The notes under the pieces are model-generated. The model searched no databases and was not told the DNA's origin. It saw nothing but the letters and a program-made list of their open reading frames with translations. A program made the translations under genes and the position numbers. A stretch of 64,000 bases of DNA from IMG/VR virus record IMGVR_UViG_3300029220_000004; one strand, written 5' to 3'. Origin of the DNA: a virus. Of the stretch, positions 19,601 through 28,631 are shown piece by piece; positions within the stretch are counted from its first letter, which is position 1, and every line of letters starts with the position of its first letter.

Positions 19601-20350
19601 ATGAACGAATTAATACCAATTAATTACGATGGCGAACAGCCTACAGTATCAGCCAGAGAGTTACATAAATCTCTTGAAATCAGTAAACGATTTTCGGCAT
19701 GGTTCGAAACAAACTCTCAGGGATTCATTGAGAACGAAGATTTTACAAGTGTACTTTCAGGTACGGTTGTAAATAACGGAGCACACAGAGAAATACAGGA
19801 CTATTCCTTATCAGTAGACATGGCAAAACACATTTGCCTTATGAGCAGAACTGAAAAAGGAAAAGAATGCAGGCAATATCTCATTGATCTTGAAAAAGCA
19901 TGGAACACACCAGAACAGGTTTTTGCCAGAGCATTAAAGATGGCAGATCAGACGATTGCGAAGCTGAAAGACACAAATAAGTTTCTTGCGGAGAAAATCG
20001 AAGCTGATAGACCGAAAACAATCTTTGCAGATGCGGTATCCGCAAGTCATACATCAATTCTTATCGGTGACTTGGCAAAACTTATCTGTCAGAACGGATA
20101 CCAGATAGGACAGAAACGATTATTCCAGTGGATGAGAGACAATGGCTATTTGATGGTTTCTGGAAGTTCACGAAATATGCCAAAACAGAAATACGTTGAG
20201 CAGGGATTGTTTGAAATCAAAGAATCTAACGTTCAGAATCCAGATGGTTCAGTGAGAATCACACGCACGACAAAAGTTAGTGGAAAGGGACAGTTGTATT
20301 TCGTGAATAAGTTTCTGGGACAGGAAACTGAAAAAGCAGACGGTGATTGA
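19601..20350 (+). CDS. antirepressor (AntA/ORF6N N-domain + KilAC C-domain)
   Basis: SARELHKSLEISKRFSAWF matches the ORF6N/AntA style. The C-terminus ...LIGDLAKLICQNGYQIGQKRLFQWMRDNGYL... matches KilAC. Confidence 0.75.
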   Translation: MNELIPINYDGEQPTVSARELHKSLEISKRFSAWFETNSQGFIENEDFTSVLSGTVVNNGAHREIQDYSLSVDMAKHICLMSRTEKGKECRQYLIDLEKAWNTPEQVFARALKMADQTIAKLKDTNKFLAEKIEADRPKTIFADAVSASHTSILIGDLAKLICQNGYQIGQKRLFQWMRDNGYLMVSGSSRNMPKQKYVEQGLFEIKESNVQNPDGSVRITRTTKVSGKGQLYFVNKFLGQETEKADGD

Positions 20351-20366
20351 GAAAGGAGTCATAAAT

Positions 20367-20618
20367 GTGCTGAAACAGTTTTTAAAAAGATTATTCGCGC
20401 CGCAGATTGTAAGAATTCCGGATAACACGCGGGTGATGTGCTTTGCGAGAAATGGAAAGAAATATGTGAAAGTGTTCAACACTCAAAGCGGTGCAAACAT
20501 CTGTTTCCAAGTGAAATCCATCGATTATGCAAACAGCGATTTAAAAGATGAATACCACCCGGAAACAATGTTCAATGAAATCGAAAGTGATCAAAGCGTT
20601 ACGATTTTGAACCAATAG
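20367..20618 (+). CDS. hypothetical protein
   Basis: GTG start 8 nt after AAAGGAG. No motif recognised. Confidence 0.4.
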   Translation: MLKQFLKRLFAPQIVRIPDNTRVMCFARNGKKYVKVFNTQSGANICFQVKSIDYANSDLKDEYHPETMFNEIESDQSVTILNQ

Positions 20619-20797
20619 GTATAATCGTTACATTTCGAACACTTAGGGATGGTTTTACCGGACTTTACAGTTCTCTTAGAACCACAGTTATTACATACAA
20701 ACACTGAGGTTTCAGAAACTTTTTCACCGGACTGATGAAAACCATCTATATGTGGTAATAATAGCAAACTTTTATCTCCTTTCGATTTACTAGGCAT
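20591..20797 (-). CDS. small zinc-ribbon protein
   Basis: CNNCG...CSKC pairs. Weak RBS. Antisense to its neighbours. Confidence 0.35.
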   Translation of the reverse strand: MPSKSKGDKSLLLLPHIDGFHQSGEKVSETSVFVCNNCGSKRTVKSGKTIPKCSKCNDYTYWFKIVTL

Positions 20798-20859
20798 GGC
20801 AGTGCCTGTACTTACATTATAAAGAGATAAGAAGCCAAACTCAACAGAAAGGAAGCAAT

Positions 20860-21060
20860 ATGACGGAAGAAACAAATGCATTACTCAAACAGATTTTGGA
20901 AGAACTTAAAGCCATTCGAAAAGAGATTGTACCTACAAGAACAAAAAAAGTAACGCACACGGTAAATATTGACGGGAAGACAATTACCGAATGCGTTACA
21001 GATGGAATTCAAAACGCTTTATACGGGAAACGAGCGTTTAATCCGACAGATTCTGAATAG
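20860..21060 (+). CDS. hypothetical protein
   Basis: 66-aa ORF. No motif recognised. Confidence 0.45.
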   Translation: MTEETNALLKQILEELKAIRKEIVPTRTKKVTHTVNIDGKTITECVTDGIQNALYGKRAFNPTDSE

Positions 21061-21214
21061 CAAAATCATATGCACGTTTTAAATATTGAATTTCGTCATT
21101 TGACATAGAAGTATTTCCGGCCAATGGAGCTTCTCTTCTGTCAAAAATGTATTCATTTAATTTGGACTTTGCATAAGTAATTGCTAAATCATGAACTATT
21201 TGTTCTTTATCCAT
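21038..21214 (-). CDS. hypothetical protein
   Basis: 58 aa; ATG preceded by GGAAGGAGGTG on the minus strand. Confidence 0.5.
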   Translation of the reverse strand: MDKEQIVHDLAITYAKSKLNEYIFDRREAPLAGNTSMSNDEIQYLKRAYDFAIQNLSD

Positions 21215-21264
21215 AATACACACCTCCTTCCCATAGGAGATTATACCACAGAAAGGAAGCCAGC

Positions 21265-21414
21265 ATGAAAAAAGAAGAAACAAATGAGTTTATAAATATG
21301 ACATTAGAGGAGAAAAAAGACAAAATTATTGAAATAATTCGCGAGATTCCAGAAGATTCTCCGATTCACAAGGAACTGTACGAAACACTGAAAAGAGAAA
21401 TGGAGGAAAAATAG
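21265..21414 (+). CDS. small hypothetical protein (49 aa)
   Basis: RBS GAAAGGAAG. Below the ORF-track cutoff. Confidence 0.45.
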   Translation: MKKEETNEFINMTLEEKKDKIIEIIREIPEDSPIHKELYETLKREMEEK

Positions 21415-21415
21415 A

Positions 21416-21697
21416 ATGATCAAATGTGAAGGCGGGAAAGTTGAATTAGAAGAAGATGCAAATAAGTTGCTTTCTGAATTAACCGCGATATGCAGGGGAC
21501 TAAGAGTTTTCCTTGTGAAAGAAGGATATTCCAAGGAAAAAGCCGATGAACTTGTTTCTGAATCAGCTCAGATGGGGTTGTGGACAGACGAAAAAATACA
21601 AGAAGAACTTGACAGATTAAGGACAGAAACGCTTAGAACGTTTGCGGAATTAATATTGGGGAGAAAGATTTTTGAAGGAGGAAAAGAGAATGATTAA
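21416..21697 (+). CDS. hypothetical protein, paralog A
   Basis: 93 aa starting MIKCEGGKVELEED. Shares its layout with the next gene (G.WT.EK...EL...R.E.L). Confidence 0.55.
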   Translation: MIKCEGGKVELEEDANKLLSELTAICRGLRVFLVKEGYSKEKADELVSESAQMGLWTDEKIQEELDRLRTETLRTFAELILGRKIFEGGKEND

Positions 21698-21965
21698 AAG
21701 TAAAGATGGAGCAGTTGAGGTAAAGGGAAGTACAACAGTTTTAATGACTGATTTGTCAATGATTATTAAATCGTTGAGAGAGACTTTTGAGGAAGAAGAT
21801 ATTCCAAAGGAAACAGGAGATAAACTTATCAGAAAGGCTGTAGACGTTGGGTTCTGGACGGAAGATAAGCTTGACAAGGAACTTTCCAATATGCGAGCGG
21901 AAGTACTTGGAAAACTTATGGGATTAGCATTGTCGTCAATCTGGGGAGGGACAAAAGATGAATAA
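21690..21965 (+). CDS. hypothetical protein, paralog B
   Basis: MIKSKDGAVEVKG... after GGAGGAAAAGAG. Tandem paralog of 21416-21697. Confidence 0.55.
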   Translation: MIKSKDGAVEVKGSTTVLMTDLSMIIKSLRETFEEEDIPKETGDKLIRKAVDVGFWTEDKLDKELSNMRAEVLGKLMGLALSSIWGGTKDE

Positions 21966-22140
21966 AAATACTTATGAGCCAGAAACCCTCGAAGAGGAAT
22001 TTGCTTTACTAGCCGGCAGACTTACAGCTCTGGAAGCGGTTTTAAATGCTGACGATAGTACATTCATTGATAAAAAGTATGTAGCTGCGATCATGGGGAT
22101 TAAATATTTCGAAGGGGATTCCGATAAGAAAGAAGAGTGA
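21958..22140 (+). CDS. hypothetical protein
   Basis: 60 aa, RBS GGGGAGGG. Confidence 0.5.
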   Translation: MNKNTYEPETLEEEFALLAGRLTALEAVLNADDSTFIDKKYVAAIMGIKYFEGDSDKKEE

Positions 22141-22270
22141 AACGCCCCGGAGGTGACGCAACACCTACCGGAGCACGTATCTAACTTAATTAGGGTAAGT
22201 TAAATACAGGATAAGTATAGCACACCTTCCTGTATTTGAAAAGAAAATTTATACCAGGAGGGCATTTTTT

Positions 22271-22432
22271 ATGTCTAAAATCACAAAACACACCGAAAAC
22301 GTAACTAAAAACCAGAGCCTTGCAAGTGAAATCATTGCAGAACAGGCGGCAAAAACAAAACGTCTGGAAGTCGCAGTTGTAGCACTGTCAGTAGCTTTAC
22401 TTGCAACAGCAGCAATAAAAAGAAAGAAGTGA
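22271..22432 (+). CDS. small tail-anchored membrane protein (53 aa)
   Basis: RBS GGAGGG; C-terminal TM helix VAVVALSVALLATAAI. Confidence 0.45.
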   Translation: MSKITKHTENVTKNQSLASEIIAEQAAKTKRLEVAVVALSVALLATAAIKRKK

Positions 22433-22437
22433 GGGAT

Positions 22438-22626
22438 ATGAGAAAAAGAATGTATTTTATCGGAGTGATGGCACAGGTTGGAACATTTTCCACGATTGCA
22501 TTATTGCTCTGGTGGATGACAAAAATGGATGTACTTGAGCTGCTCTGCATAAGTGCAATGGTATCTTCAATGGTATCCCTTCCTATTTTAATGCAGATAG
22601 AAAGGTGGGTAAACGGAGTTGAATAA
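22438..22626 (+). CDS. small membrane protein
   Basis: Two hydrophobic helices; RBS GTGAGGG. Confidence 0.45.
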   Translation: MRKRMYFIGVMAQVGTFSTIALLLWWMTKMDVLELLCISAMVSSMVSLPILMQIERWVNGVE

Positions 22627-23236
22627 ACTTTTAGAAAACAATCAGGCAACACTGATTGGGACAATTGAATCCAAGTTTGAATTTAGCCATGAAACATATG
22701 GAGAAAAGTTTTACACAATGCAGGTATCGGCAAAACGACTGAGCGATACAAAGGATATTCTTCCAGTTATGGTATCCGAAAGGCTTATTGATGTAACACA
22801 GGACTATACCGGAGAAATGGTTGAAGTTTACGGACAGTTCCGTTCTTACAACAAGCACGATGACAAACACAGTAAATTAATTCTCTTTGTTTTCGCAAGA
22901 GAAATTAAATTTGCAGAGGAAGGTACATATCACACCAACAATATTCTTTTGGATGGATTTATCTGTAAACCGCCAGTATACAGAAAGACACCAAACGGAA
23001 GAGAAATCGCAGATATCCTTCTTGCAGTAAACCGCCCACATGGAATATCTGACTACATACCGTGCATTTCTGCCCCAGCAAATGCAAGATACATGGGAAC
23101 CTGCGGAACTGGTACACATATTATTTTACAGGGAAGAATCCAGAGCAGAGAGTACAACAAAAAAGTCGGAAATCAGGTCGAGAAGAAAACAGCCTATGAA
23201 GTGTCGGCTTATTGGGTGGAGGATAAAACAGTATGA
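22619..23236 (+). CDS. tandem OB-fold SSB-like protein
   Basis: Two repeats of the SSB-like pattern (ATLIGTI...VYGQFRSY and ILLDGFICKPP...LQGRIQSREY). TTG start. Confidence 0.5.
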   Translation: MNKLLENNQATLIGTIESKFEFSHETYGEKFYTMQVSAKRLSDTKDILPVMVSERLIDVTQDYTGEMVEVYGQFRSYNKHDDKHSKLILFVFAREIKFAEEGTYHTNNILLDGFICKPPVYRKTPNGREIADILLAVNRPHGISDYIPCISAPANARYMGTCGTGTHIILQGRIQSREYNKKVGNQVEKKTAYEVSAYWVEDKTV

Positions 23237-25209
23237 AAACAGTAGAATTGAAACAGCTTAACATTGAAAACTACAAGAAGTTTGAGTCTGCGGAGTATCA
23301 GCTTGCACCACGAACGATGGTGTCCGGTAGGAACCGTCAGGGTAAAACAACGTTGATGGACGCATATTTTGATACACTGACCGGAAAGCTTGCAGACGGT
23401 ACATCTCCGAATAATGTCAGAAGAAAAGAAGACGGAGAAGAAGTTGAGGGTGTCGTATCAAGAGAACTCACACTTCTGATTGATGGAGAGGAAACCGTGA
23501 TCCGTAAGGAAACGAAGAAAGGTAAATCTTCCAGTACCACAAAATATCAGGTTGATGGGTTTGATTACAACCAGACGAAGTATAAGGAATTTTTAAAAGG
23601 AATATCAGACTCAGAAACCATTATGATGTGTAGTAATGCCAGAGTATTCCTTAATGAACTTCGAAAATCAACAGCAAGTGCCAGAGTAATGCTTGAAAAG
23701 ATGGCAGGGTTCAATGCGGATAAAGTATTACAGGACAATCCAGAAGTTTCGGAAATCATCAAGAATCATTCTGTCGAGGAAGTTGTGAAAAAACTCAATA
23801 GAGACAAAAAAGACTTCCAGAAGAAAATCGATGCCAAAAAGGTTGAAATTGATACTGTAAAGAAACAAGGAATACCAGACACAACAGTTCTTGAAGAAAA
23901 GAGAGGACAAGTTTTAAATCATCTGATCGAGCTGAGACAGAAAGAACAACAGCTGTGTGATTCTGGAAAAGCATACGATGAACTTTCCTATGAAATTGTA
24001 GGCCTTAAGAAATCCAGAGATGCGATTATTTTAAATGCAGCAGAAGCATTACAGGAAGAAAAGAGAAAAATCGTTTCCTTATTAAATGACAGGCAAATCG
24101 AAAAGATGAAAGAAGAAAATCATCTGCGTAATCTTGAAAACGAATTGTCCAAAACCGAAAATCCAAAACGCCTTGAGTCGATGATTTTGCAGTTACAGAA
24201 AAAATATAAAGCACAGTATGCGGCAGAATATGATAACAGCTCTAAACTGGAAGATATTCAGAATGAACAATTCGACCCTACGGTTGCCATTTGCCCGACT
24301 TGTGGTCAGGTTCTTCCGGCAGACGAAATGGAACGACTTAAAGCAGAATTCGAACAGAAAAAGCAGGAGAGAATCAAAGCTGAGTTGGACAAAAAAACAG
24401 ATTTCGAGAATGCAAAACAGCAGAATCTCAGAGAAATCAATGAAGAAGGTAAAAAAACAGTAGAGGAAAAGAAAAAAGCCGAAATCAAGAGAGAACAGCT
24501 GGAAAAAGATATTGAGGCATCTAAGAAAAGCATTGCAATCCTTTTGACCGAAATTTCAAAAACTAACAAAGAATTAGAAAGCATTGCGGAGCCAGACGTG
24601 TCTGTAAACGAAGAGTATCGGGCAGTTGTAGCAGAAATCCAGAAGAAACAGGAACAGCTTGACGGACTGACTAATAATTCTGAGGAAAATGCAGCAGTTC
24701 AGGCAGAAAGAATGTCTGCTGAAAAGGAACTTACAGGAATCGAAACAAAAATTGAGATGGCAAAACAGGCAGTTCAGAAACAGACAGAAACACTTGAACA
24801 GCTGAACACAGAACAGAAAGAGTTAGGTCAGGAAGATTCCGATATTCAGCAGAAACTTGACATGTTGAAAGAATTTTCCATCAAAAAAAATCAGGCACTG
24901 GCAGAAGCTATCAATCCACTTTTCAAGCACTTTCAGTTTCAGTTTTTGGACTATACGCAGGACGGTGAGCCGGTGGAAACTTGCAAGATGATTTGTGATG
25001 GAATCGGATATTTTGATGGATTAAATCACTCTGATCAGATTCTTTGCAACATTGACCTCGTGACTGGTTTGCAGGAATTGAACGGCTTGAATTTGCCGAT
25101 TTGGGTTGATGATGTTGAAAGTGTGAATGCTGACAGAATACCAGATACAGGCAGACAAATGATTCTACTTAAAGTTTCCGACGATGAATTAAAAGTGGAG
25201 GGAATTTAA
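23233..25209 (+). CDS. Rad50/SbcC-like SMC ATPase with zinc hook
   Basis: Walker A GRNRQGKTT, a long coiled coil with a central CPTCGQ hook, and C-terminal Walker B-like LPIWVDDVE. Confidence 0.7.
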   Translation: MKTVELKQLNIENYKKFESAEYQLAPRTMVSGRNRQGKTTLMDAYFDTLTGKLADGTSPNNVRRKEDGEEVEGVVSRELTLLIDGEETVIRKETKKGKSSSTTKYQVDGFDYNQTKYKEFLKGISDSETIMMCSNARVFLNELRKSTASARVMLEKMAGFNADKVLQDNPEVSEIIKNHSVEEVVKKLNRDKKDFQKKIDAKKVEIDTVKKQGIPDTTVLEEKRGQVLNHLIELRQKEQQLCDSGKAYDELSYEIVGLKKSRDAIILNAAEALQEEKRKIVSLLNDRQIEKMKEENHLRNLENELSKTENPKRLESMILQLQKKYKAQYAAEYDNSSKLEDIQNEQFDPTVAICPTCGQVLPADEMERLKAEFEQKKQERIKAELDKKTDFENAKQQNLREINEEGKKTVEEKKKAEIKREQLEKDIEASKKSIAILLTEISKTNKELESIAEPDVSVNEEYRAVVAEIQKKQEQLDGLTNNSEENAAVQAERMSAEKELTGIETKIEMAKQAVQKQTETLEQLNTEQKELGQEDSDIQQKLDMLKEFSIKKNQALAEAINPLFKHFQFQFLDYTQDGEPVETCKMICDGIGYFDGLNHSDQILCNIDLVTGLQELNGLNLPIWVDDVESVNADRIPDTGRQMILLKVSDDELKVEGI

Positions 25210-25210
25210 T

Positions 25211-25450
25211 ATGGCGACAACTACATATAACATTCCAGAAGCAATCAAAGCACAGGACTGGTACTGCAAAACAAAGATATTACCACGTTTTGCACCGGGC
25301 AATGGTATCTGTTGGTCTTGCCACCAGAATATCTATTCTGAGGAAGGACGGACACGGTACGGAAAAGAAACACACGGGTATTCCGTTGAAAGTGCAGCAG
25401 GGCAGTTAATTACAGTGTGCCCATTCTGTAGTAGAAGTTATTGTGATTAA
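25211..25450 (+). CDS. small zinc-finger protein
   Basis: CWSC...CPFC pairs. Coupled to the ATPase gene. Confidence 0.5.
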   Translation: MATTTYNIPEAIKAQDWYCKTKILPRFAPGNGICWSCHQNIYSEEGRTRYGKETHGYSVESAAGQLITVCPFCSRSYCD

Positions 25451-25789
25451 AACGCAATAGGATTAGCATAGTCAGCTTTGCAACGGCAAAGTGATGCAAT
25501 GACAGGCAATGCAAGGGATATGCATAGAACAGATATGATATGCCACGGCATAAAAGCGCACTGCTGAGAATCGCAAAGGAGAAGCGTAGAAACGCACAGA
25601 AACGTAACGGAACAGATATGTGGGGAACCGCACTGCAACGGATTAGCGAAGCTGAGAAAAGCCAAGGAAGAGCAGTGAAAAGAACAGCGCAGCAATGGAA
25701 TAGCTTAGAAAATCGAAGAATTGCAATGGAGGAGCATGGCCTTGACAAGCAAAGTATTAAGCAAAATAAAAAAATCGGAGGAATATGAG

Positions 25790-26386
25790 ATGAAAGAATT
25801 AAAAGTCAGATTAACATTTTTAGAGGAAGTTTTAGGTACTGCAAATGCAGAAAAAGATATTCACGAGAAGTTTATAGCATCTAAAGCACCAGATGCACCT
25901 TCCAGAGAACAGGAAGTTGAAGCTTTAGGAGTTGAAGAAGTTATTGAAAAAGGTCGAACAGTATTTCCGAAAGATGATAACGGCAATCCGTTCCTTTGGG
26001 ACTACCAGATCAGAGGATTCTTTAAGTCAGCTGCACAGGCCGGTTCCTATATCGGCGGGGCAAAGAAACTTGCAGCTTACAAGAAGAAAATTGACTTACT
26101 GGTATTTGTAAACGAACGCAAAATTCCATTTATTCTTCCGGAAGGTACATCACTTTCTGACTGTCAGAGACCACTAAGAGCACAGACAGCACAGGGCGAA
26201 AGAATCTCTTTGGCAGACAGTGAAACAGTACCAGCAGGGTCAACAGTAGAATTCACAATCAAAGTACTTGATGATTCACTCATGAAATATGTAATTGACT
26301 GGCTTGATTATGGAGAGTTTAACGGCATTGGTCAGTGGCGAAACTCAGGCAAAGGCCGTTTCAAATGGACTGAAATCACAGAATAA
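25790..26386 (+). CDS. hypothetical recombination-module protein
   Basis: 198 aa from ATG 25790 after GGAGGA. Glycine-rich C-terminal loop GIGQWRNSGKGRF. Lies between the Rad50-like and RecT-like genes. Family not recognised. Confidence 0.55.
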   Translation: MKELKVRLTFLEEVLGTANAEKDIHEKFIASKAPDAPSREQEVEALGVEEVIEKGRTVFPKDDNGNPFLWDYQIRGFFKSAAQAGSYIGGAKKLAAYKKKIDLLVFVNERKIPFILPEGTSLSDCQRPLRAQTAQGERISLADSETVPAGSTVEFTIKVLDDSLMKYVIDWLDYGEFNGIGQWRNSGKGRFKWTEITE

Positions 26387-26528
26387 GCTACGGCATGGCT
26401 GAATGTAGTTATGATAGGTAAAGCAAAGGCACAGAATTGCTGGGTAATGATTTGCTTCGGCGAAGCGTAGAACTGAACAGAAATGCAAACAAAAATGAGT
26501 TAATTAATATAAGAAAAGGAGAATAAAA

Positions 26529-27629
26529 ATGGCAGAAAACACACAGGTAGCAAATTTTAACACACAGCTTTCCTATTACACAAATCGGTATGTCGATTTA
26601 ATGGAAAGAGATTTGACTTCAAGAGGAATGGAATTTGATTCCTATTCAAAAGATTGTGTAGTAGCGGCAATGGGATCTATTTTCCAGATGGTGCATGAGA
26701 GCGGAGTAAGTTTTGAAGCAATCAACGGTTCTAATCTTAAATTTATCCTGAGTAAAGTAGCAGCGTTAAAGCTGAACGCAAACGCACAGCCGAGAGAGTG
26801 CTATTTCCAGATCAGAAACGTAAACGTAGCAGCGAAAGGGCAGAAACCTCAGTGGGAAAAGAAAATCGAATTTGCGATTGAGGGTGATGGAAATGATGCT
26901 CTTGTAAGTAGATATGGTGTCAATGTGGCTAAAGTATTTCCATATTGGAAAGTTAGAGAGGGTGACAAGTATATCCCACCAAGACACAGAGGTGTAGAAA
27001 TTACACCGCCGGAATGGGAAGAATCTGGAATTGGAAAAGTTGTTCGCGTCGTATATCCGATTCAGTATAAGGACGGACATATTGAATACCTTTCATGTGA
27101 AAGAGCAGACGTACTGAAGAATCTTGCAGCACATATTAAGAACAATCTTCAGAATGAAACATTTGGGATTTGTGCAGACAGATACAAAGCTACAGATGCA
27201 CAGAAAGCCCAGATTGAAGCAAAGAAAAAAGAAGTTATGAAAAAGGTTGCTGATATTGGGGAACTGGAAGCAATTATTGATTGTGAGGAATTAAGACCAT
27301 ACATTTCCCCGTCATACTACGAAACACAGTCGAGAGAATCTATGATTGTTCGTAAAATGCGTAACAACATTATGAAGTCCATTCCTAAGAAATGGGATAA
27401 TCCGGTGCAGGCTTATGAATATAACACGATGGATGCTACATACAGAGAAGTGCAGGAAGAAATCGAACAGAATGCCAATAAAGAGGAATTCATTCCAGAA
27501 CCAATGGCAATTGAAGAACAGCCTAAACAGCCAACAGTCGCAGAAGTCGTAAAGACTGCCGAGAAAGAACCAGTTCCGGCAGCAGTTGTTAAGCCAGAGA
27601 TTCCAGATTTTATGAAGCAGGAGGAATAA
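26529..27629 (+). CDS. recT: RecT-like single-strand annealing protein
   Basis: 366 aa. Core ...ECYFQIRNV...IEFAIEGDGNDALVSRYGV... is RecT-like and the C-tail is acidic/Pro-rich. Assigned by motif memory and context. Confidence 0.6.
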   Translation: MAENTQVANFNTQLSYYTNRYVDLMERDLTSRGMEFDSYSKDCVVAAMGSIFQMVHESGVSFEAINGSNLKFILSKVAALKLNANAQPRECYFQIRNVNVAAKGQKPQWEKKIEFAIEGDGNDALVSRYGVNVAKVFPYWKVREGDKYIPPRHRGVEITPPEWEESGIGKVVRVVYPIQYKDGHIEYLSCERADVLKNLAAHIKNNLQNETFGICADRYKATDAQKAQIEAKKKEVMKKVADIGELEAIIDCEELRPYISPSYYETQSRESMIVRKMRNNIMKSIPKKWDNPVQAYEYNTMDATYREVQEEIEQNANKEEFIPEPMAIEEQPKQPTVAEVVKTAEKEPVPAAVVKPEIPDFMKQEE

Positions 27630-27641
27630 CGAGGTGATAGC

Positions 27642-28034
27642 ATGATCGGGACGTTAGAAGAAGTCATGAAGGATATGAAATATGGCGTACTTGATTTCAC
27701 AAAGGACGGTAAATGCAGTGGTTGTGGACAATGTTGTAGCAACTACTTGCCAATATCCAGTAAAGAAATTAAACGTTACGTAAAGAAGCATCATATCACT
27801 GAACAGAAGCATAATTATCCTTCAGTTGTAGCTTTTGACCTTACTTGCCCGTTCCTGGATGATTCCAAAGAAAAAGAAAAATGTCTCATTTATCCAGTGA
27901 GACCTGAGATATGCAGAGATTTTGTCTGCAACAATCCGAACGGGGCAATCAAAAACAAGAAACTTATGCATAAGAAGTACGCAGCAGTAGATATGCGAGA
28001 AATATTTTTTGGAGGCAACGGGAATGAACAATAA
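27642..28034 (+). CDS. YkgJ-type cysteine-cluster (UPF0153) protein
   Basis: CSGCGQCC...CPFL...C...CRDFVC pattern. Confidence 0.6.
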   Translation: MIGTLEEVMKDMKYGVLDFTKDGKCSGCGQCCSNYLPISSKEIKRYVKKHHITEQKHNYPSVVAFDLTCPFLDDSKEKEKCLIYPVRPEICRDFVCNNPNGAIKNKKLMHKKYAAVDMREIFFGGNGNEQ

Positions 28035-28629
28035 AGAAATTTTACAGAAAGCAAAGGAACTGGTTGAACTTCTGGAAAAGCAGGAAGAAACCGGAAAGGT
28101 TGAGTTGTCAACGCTGAAACGAGGAGAAGTATTTCAGACCACTGGAAAGCGTAAATACAAGGTTCTGGAACAGTATGGAGATACAACAAAAATTATTTCG
28201 CTTGATCTGGTGAAAGAAAATGTAGAGTTTGGTGATACCTCAGATTACAAAACATCAAACGTAAAGAAACTGTGTGACACTGAAATTCTGAAAGACTTCG
28301 AAGAAGAATTCGGGGCAGAAAATGTCGAAACACACACAGCAGATATTATCACTGCGGATGGACAGAAATTGGGGACTGTTGATTGTAAAATCCGTCCAAT
28401 TACATTTGATGAAGCACGAGAATACACAGATATTACACCGAACAATGATCTGAACGACTGGTATTGGATATTATCGCCATGGTCAACGGAAGAACGTGGA
28501 TGGAAAAGAAGTATTACTATTGTTTCCCCTTCGGGCTGTATCGGCGTCAACAGTTACGGCAACGTCTATGGTGTTCGCCCAGTTTGTATCTTAAAATCTA
28601 ATATCTTTGTATCTAAGGTGGAGGAATGA
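28024..28629 (+). CDS. DGR target protein 1 (C-type-lectin/DUF6273-like C-terminus)
   Basis: ATG 28024 after GGAGGC. C-terminus WYWILSPWS...IVSPSG-CIGVNSYGNVY-GVRPVCIL carries VR1. Confidence 0.85.
   Translation: MNNKEILQKAKELVELLEKQEETGKVELSTLKRGEVFQTTGKRKYKVLEQYGDTTKIISLDLVKENVEFGDTSDYKTSNVKKLCDTEILKDFEEEFGAENVETHTADIITADGQKLGTVDCKIRPITFDEAREYTDITPNNDLNDWYWILSPWSTEERGWKRSITIVSPSGCIGVNSYGNVYGVRPVCILKSNIFVSKVEE
28520..28580 (+). repeat. DGR variable repeat VR1
   Basis: 61-bp match to the TR with 11 mismatches, all at TR adenines. Confidence 0.9.
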
Positions 28630-28631
28630 TT

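Noticed and set aside
25410-25748. Minus-strand ORFs 25410-25748 and 25447-25695
   Set aside because: They are antisense, Cys/Leu/Ser-rich nonsense with no RBS. They are by-products of a purine-rich + strand.
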